Source: Chthonomonas calidirosea (GTDB lineage: Bacteria > Armatimonadota > Fimbriimonadia > Fimbriimonadales > Fimbriimonadaceae). From it: DNA of 12,620 nucleotides. The translations under genes were made by a program, and so were the position numbers. This document shows positions 8,355 through 12,620 of this stretch, in pieces. The notes under the pieces are model-generated. The model was not told the DNA's origin. It was given only the letters and a program-made list of their open reading frames with translations, and made no database searches. Every line of letters starts with the position of its first letter. Position 1 is the stretch's first letter. The stretch spans positions 1 through 12,620 of the forward strand of contig CAMAPH010000061.1 in NCBI GenBank assembly GCA_945859975.1. The letters are read 5' to 3'.

Positions 8355-9833
8355 ATGGGCGCGCAAAGAGCACTAACGGCAATCGTCTTCACCGACGCAG
8401 TGGGCTTCAGCGCCATGGCGTCCACCGATGAGTCCCTGGCATTCCGCCTCATCGAACAGGACTTTGCCCTCATGCGCCAACTTGCCTCCGTACACCAAGG
8501 GCAGGCGCTCAAGACGACCGGCGACGGAATGTTGTTGGTGTTCGGTAGCGCCGTACAGGCCGCCACCTGGAGCGTGGACCTCCAAGCCCGGATGCGAGAG
8601 CGTGCGAAATCCGAGCCTGGGCCATTCTTCGAGCACCGAATCGGCCTCCACGTTGGCGATGTCCTTTTGAGCGAAGATGATGCCCAGGGCGATGGCGTAA
8701 ATGTAGCGGCCCGTTTGCAATCAGGCGCTCCGGCCGGGGGTGTGTGGCTAAGCGCCACGGCCTACGACCTAATCAAGAGCCGAACGGAATTCAACCTAAT
8801 CTCGCGCGGAAAGCAGGAGTTCAAGAACATCCCTGCGCCGATCGAGGTTTACGAAATTCCGGGCGATCCATCCACGCGGAGTACAGAAGTAGCGCCAAAG
8901 GCGAGCCCCGCACGAAACAACAACACTTTGCTCGCGGGTTTGGGCAGCGCCGTCGTGGTGCTCAGCATCGCCGTCGCCGCCATCGCGCTCAACCGGCCCA
9001 CGAACACCGTGACCAAAGTCGTCCCTGGAGAGCGAGTCGTTGAGCGGGTATCGGTACCGCTGTTCGAGAACTTGAAAGATGTCGAAAAGTTTGCCGAGGA
9101 AGAAGAAGCCGAGAAGGCATCGCCTAAGCCGCCCACCCCACCGAAGCCGAAGGACGATCCCACTGTCGCAAGTGCAGCCCTGAAAGCGGCAGAGACCTCG
9201 ATCAAAGCAGACAAAGCTACCGCTGCTGGCGCTGCCTTAGAAGCGGATCCGGACGCGTCAGTTGATGAAGAAAATATGAAGGCGTTTGGCCAAAAGATGG
9301 CGGAGGAATTTAAGGATTTCGACAAAATGTTCGACTCCCCTGATTTCGCGGCCAAAGCCGCGAAAGGGATTGACCGCATGCCAGGCCTGCGCACGCTGAG
9401 GGCGTTCGAAGAAAAGGTGAAGGCGAGCAAGTCCACCTACGATTTTCAAGGCATTATCGATTACATCGCATCCGAAAAGGCTCTCGCTGGGAATCCGATT
9501 GCCCTAACCAAGAGCCATTGGGTTCGGCTGGAAAAGCTAAAAACTTGGATGCAGACCGAACTTGCGCGCACCAACGAGGAAAACCCGCTTGAACTCCCGA
9601 GCCTGGGAAGACAATCACGCACCCTTTGGGCAGATGGAAGCAAGCTCGTACTTCAAACCGGCGAGGTGAAGGTCACCAAGGATCTGAGCGAGCTGAAGCC
9701 AACCGAGTTTGCGGCAATCGCTCGGACGTTGCTCAAAAAGGAACCCAGCCTGGAGCAGGCGGCTCACCTACGAGACTTTGAAAGAGAATACGACCTAGTC
9801 CCAAGCGGACCGCGCCGCTTACGGAAAAAATAG
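8355..9833 (+). CDS. Class III adenylate/guanylate cyclase domain protein with one TM helix and an unrecognised C-terminal region
   Basis: N-terminal motifs IVFTDAVGFS, KTTGDG, RIGLHVGDV and DAQGDGVNVAARLQ; hydrophobic stretch LLAGLGSAVVVLSIAVAAIAL (aa ~192-212); Pro/Glu/Ala-rich linker after it. Confidence 0.88.
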   Translation: MGAQRALTAIVFTDAVGFSAMASTDESLAFRLIEQDFALMRQLASVHQGQALKTTGDGMLLVFGSAVQAATWSVDLQARMRERAKSEPGPFFEHRIGLHVGDVLLSEDDAQGDGVNVAARLQSGAPAGGVWLSATAYDLIKSRTEFNLISRGKQEFKNIPAPIEVYEIPGDPSTRSTEVAPKASPARNNNTLLAGLGSAVVVLSIAVAAIALNRPTNTVTKVVPGERVVERVSVPLFENLKDVEKFAEEEEAEKASPKPPTPPKPKDDPTVASAALKAAETSIKADKATAAGAALEADPDASVDEENMKAFGQKMAEEFKDFDKMFDSPDFAAKAAKGIDRMPGLRTLRAFEEKVKASKSTYDFQGIIDYIASEKALAGNPIALTKSHWVRLEKLKTWMQTELARTNEENPLELPSLGRQSRTLWADGSKLVLQTGEVKVTKDLSELKPTEFAAIARTLLKKEPSLEQAAHLRDFEREYDLVPSGPRRLRKK

Positions 9834-9839
9834 AGGGAC

Positions 9840-9916
9840 TGGTCGGGGCGACCAGATTCGAACTGATGACCTCATGTACCCAAAACACGCGCTCTACCAA
9901 ACTGAGCTACGCCCCG
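9840..9916 (-). tRNA. tRNA-Pro (anticodon TGG), 77 nt, CCA encoded
   Basis: The reverse complement folds as a cloverleaf: acceptor CGGGGCG/CGCCCCG, D arm GCTC/GAGC, anticodon stem CGTGT/ACATG with loop TT-TGG-GT, T loop TTCGAAT, ending ACCA. Confidence 0.97.
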
Positions 9917-9986
9917 ACAGGAAAGAAAATATACCCGGTTCTGTGTCGGCTTGTCCGGCGGATCTAGCCATCGCGGACCAATAAAC

Positions 9987-10023
9987 AAAAAACGGCCCCG
10001 ACTCAATCTGAGTCGGGGCCGTT
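9987..10023 (-). terminator. Rho-independent terminator of the groE operon
   Basis: Perfect 15-bp inverted repeat AACGGCCCCGACTCA (9991-10005) / TGAGTCGGGGCCGTT (10009-10023), running into a T6 tract on the minus strand, 15 nt after the groEL stop. Confidence 0.92.
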
Positions 10024-10038
10024 GATTTACGAACTACC

Positions 10039-11745
<1,707 letters not shown>

Positions 11746-11746
<1 letters not shown>

Positions 11747-12126
11747 CAGAGTTTGCGTTTGGTGCTGACGAGGTCGTTCTCGACTTTCGTCGCAAGATTT
11801 CTCAGCTTGACGCCGAGAGCGGTTGAGCTCGTGAGCATCGTGTCTCGGTCTGGTTCTGACACCATATCCAGATCGCTCGAAATGCAAAACAAGGTTTCAA
11901 CCTCGTTCAACGATCCAAGAGCAATCCGGAGAAACCTGAGAAACTCCGCATCGGAATCTCTGCCCGCTCCTTCCGCTATGTTGGATGGAATTGAAACGCT
12001 TGCTCGTCGAATCTGGCTAGTCAGTCCGAACTGCTCCTCTCTCGGGAAGCGGCTCGTAACTTCATAGCACTGCACAGCGAACTCTCGTCCCAATATCCAC
12101 ACCTCTAGCTTTCGAAAATCTCGCAC
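11746..12126 (-). CDS. Four helix bundle protein (23S rRNA intervening-sequence protein family, PF05635/TIGR02436)
   Basis: Family signature FRKLEVW...FPREEQFGLTSQIRRASVSIPSNIAEG.GR....F.RFL.IA.GSL.E.ET; GTG start. Confidence 0.93.
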
Positions 12127-12141
12127 CTTTTTTAGCTACTC

Positions 12142-12186
12142 AAGCCATGCAGAGCCATTCAAAGCCATGCAAGGCTACACAAAGCG
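12142..12186. repeat. Right arm: about 4.5 tandem 10-bp units, inverted relative to 11702-11746
   Basis: Reverse complement reads cgctttgtg tagccttgca tggctttgaa tggctctgca tggctt, 35/45 identical to the left arm without gaps. Confidence 0.9.
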
Positions 12187-12192
12187 CTCTTT

Positions 12193-12483
12193 TCAGCCTA
12201 GAATCGCGTAGATCTGATCCTCGTCCAGGATCGTGTAGTCGGTGCCTTCGACGGTGACTTCATTTCCGCCGTACTTGCTGAAGAGCACTCGATCGCCAAC
12301 GTTGACGGTCAGGGTGTTGCGCTCGCCGTTGTCGAGTACGCGGCCGTTGCCGGTGGCAATGACGGTGCCCTCTTGTGGCTTCTTCTTGGCGCTGTCCGGG
12401 AGAAAGATGCCGCTTGCAGTCTTTTCTTCTGCTTCCAGCAACTGAACGACGACCTTATCGCCGAGTGGTTTGAGTGATGCCAT
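12193..12483 (-). CDS. groS: Co-chaperonin GroES
   Basis: Motifs [31 protein letters not shown] and [19 protein letters not shown] upstream. Confidence 0.99.
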   Translation of the reverse strand: MASLKPLGDKVVVQLLEAEEKTASGIFLPDSAKKKPQEGTVIATGNGRVLDNGERNTLTVNVGDRVLFSKYGGNEVTVEGTDYTILDEDQIYAILG

Positions 12484-12523
12484 TGCGTGTCTCCATACAC
12501 CGAGCGGCCTCCGCCAGACGGAA

Positions 12524-12550
12524 TTAGCACTCTCGGCGTTTGTCTGCTAA
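12524..12550. promoter_or_regulatory. CIRCE element 1 (HrcA operator)
   Basis: TTAGCACTC-N9-GTCTGCTAA against the consensus TTAGCACTC-N9-GAGTGCTAA (16/18). Confidence 0.9.
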
Positions 12551-12579
12551 TTTTGGCACTCTTTTTGTCCGAGTGTCAA
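12550..12579 (-). promoter_or_regulatory. Sigma70/sigmaA-type groE promoter
   Basis: On the minus strand, TTGACA (12579-12574), an 18-nt spacer ending in TGc, then CAAAAT (12555-12550). Confidence 0.65.
12553..12579. promoter_or_regulatory. CIRCE element 2 (HrcA operator), overlapping the promoter
   Basis: TTGGCACTC-N9-GAGTGTCAA (15/18 to consensus). Confidence 0.85.
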
Positions 12580-12620
12580 CGCTGGCGGGACCGAAAGCGG
12601 AGGAAATATTCGGTTAGCAG

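Noticed and set aside
8355..9833. Pycsar/CBASS-type anti-phage cyclase
   Set aside because: Specificity residues look adenylyl-type and no adjacent cyclic-nucleotide-binding effector gene is present.
9797..9840. Short hairpin AAGCGG/CCGCTT and AGTCCC/GGGACT at the cyclase-tRNA junction as a terminator
   Set aside because: The A/T tract is on the wrong side of the hairpin for either direction, and the stems are short enough to be chance.
9840..9860. tRNA-Pro 3' end as an integration site for the cyclase/phosphoesterase genes
   Set aside because: I found no duplicate of the tRNA 3' end, no integrase and no obvious composition shift in the window.
9927..9956. Possible tRNA promoter (CGGACA-18-TATATT on the minus strand)
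   Set aside because: The -10 is plausible but the -35 is poor; too weak to call.
12511..12588. 7-bp inverted repeat CCGCCAG/CTGGCGG flanking the two CIRCEs
   Set aside because: Short and GC-rich, with one arm upstream of the predicted TSS; not distinguishable from chance.

Overview
Bacterial chromosomal window (about 58-60% GC by eye; an Armatimonadota/Fimbriimonas-like origin is my impression only). It is mostly housekeeping genes. In order: 5' part of ispH (missing from the ORF track) and folB on the minus strand; a divergent nusA-ylxR-infB unit with a leader terminator and no rimP or rbfA; a stand-alone methylcrotonyl-CoA carboxylase beta subunit; a secreted beta-propeller/phosphoesterase; a membrane-anchored class III nucleotide cyclase; tRNA-Pro(TGG); and a groES-groEL operon with two tandem CIRCE operators. 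The most unusual feature is a 485-bp cassette between groES and groEL. It carries a four-helix-bundle (23S rRNA IVP/Avd-like) gene bracketed by two 45-bp arms of 10-bp tandem repeats in inverted orientation (35/45 identical, ungapped, unit variants in register). This resembles an intervening-sequence-like or mobile element sitting inside an mRNA.
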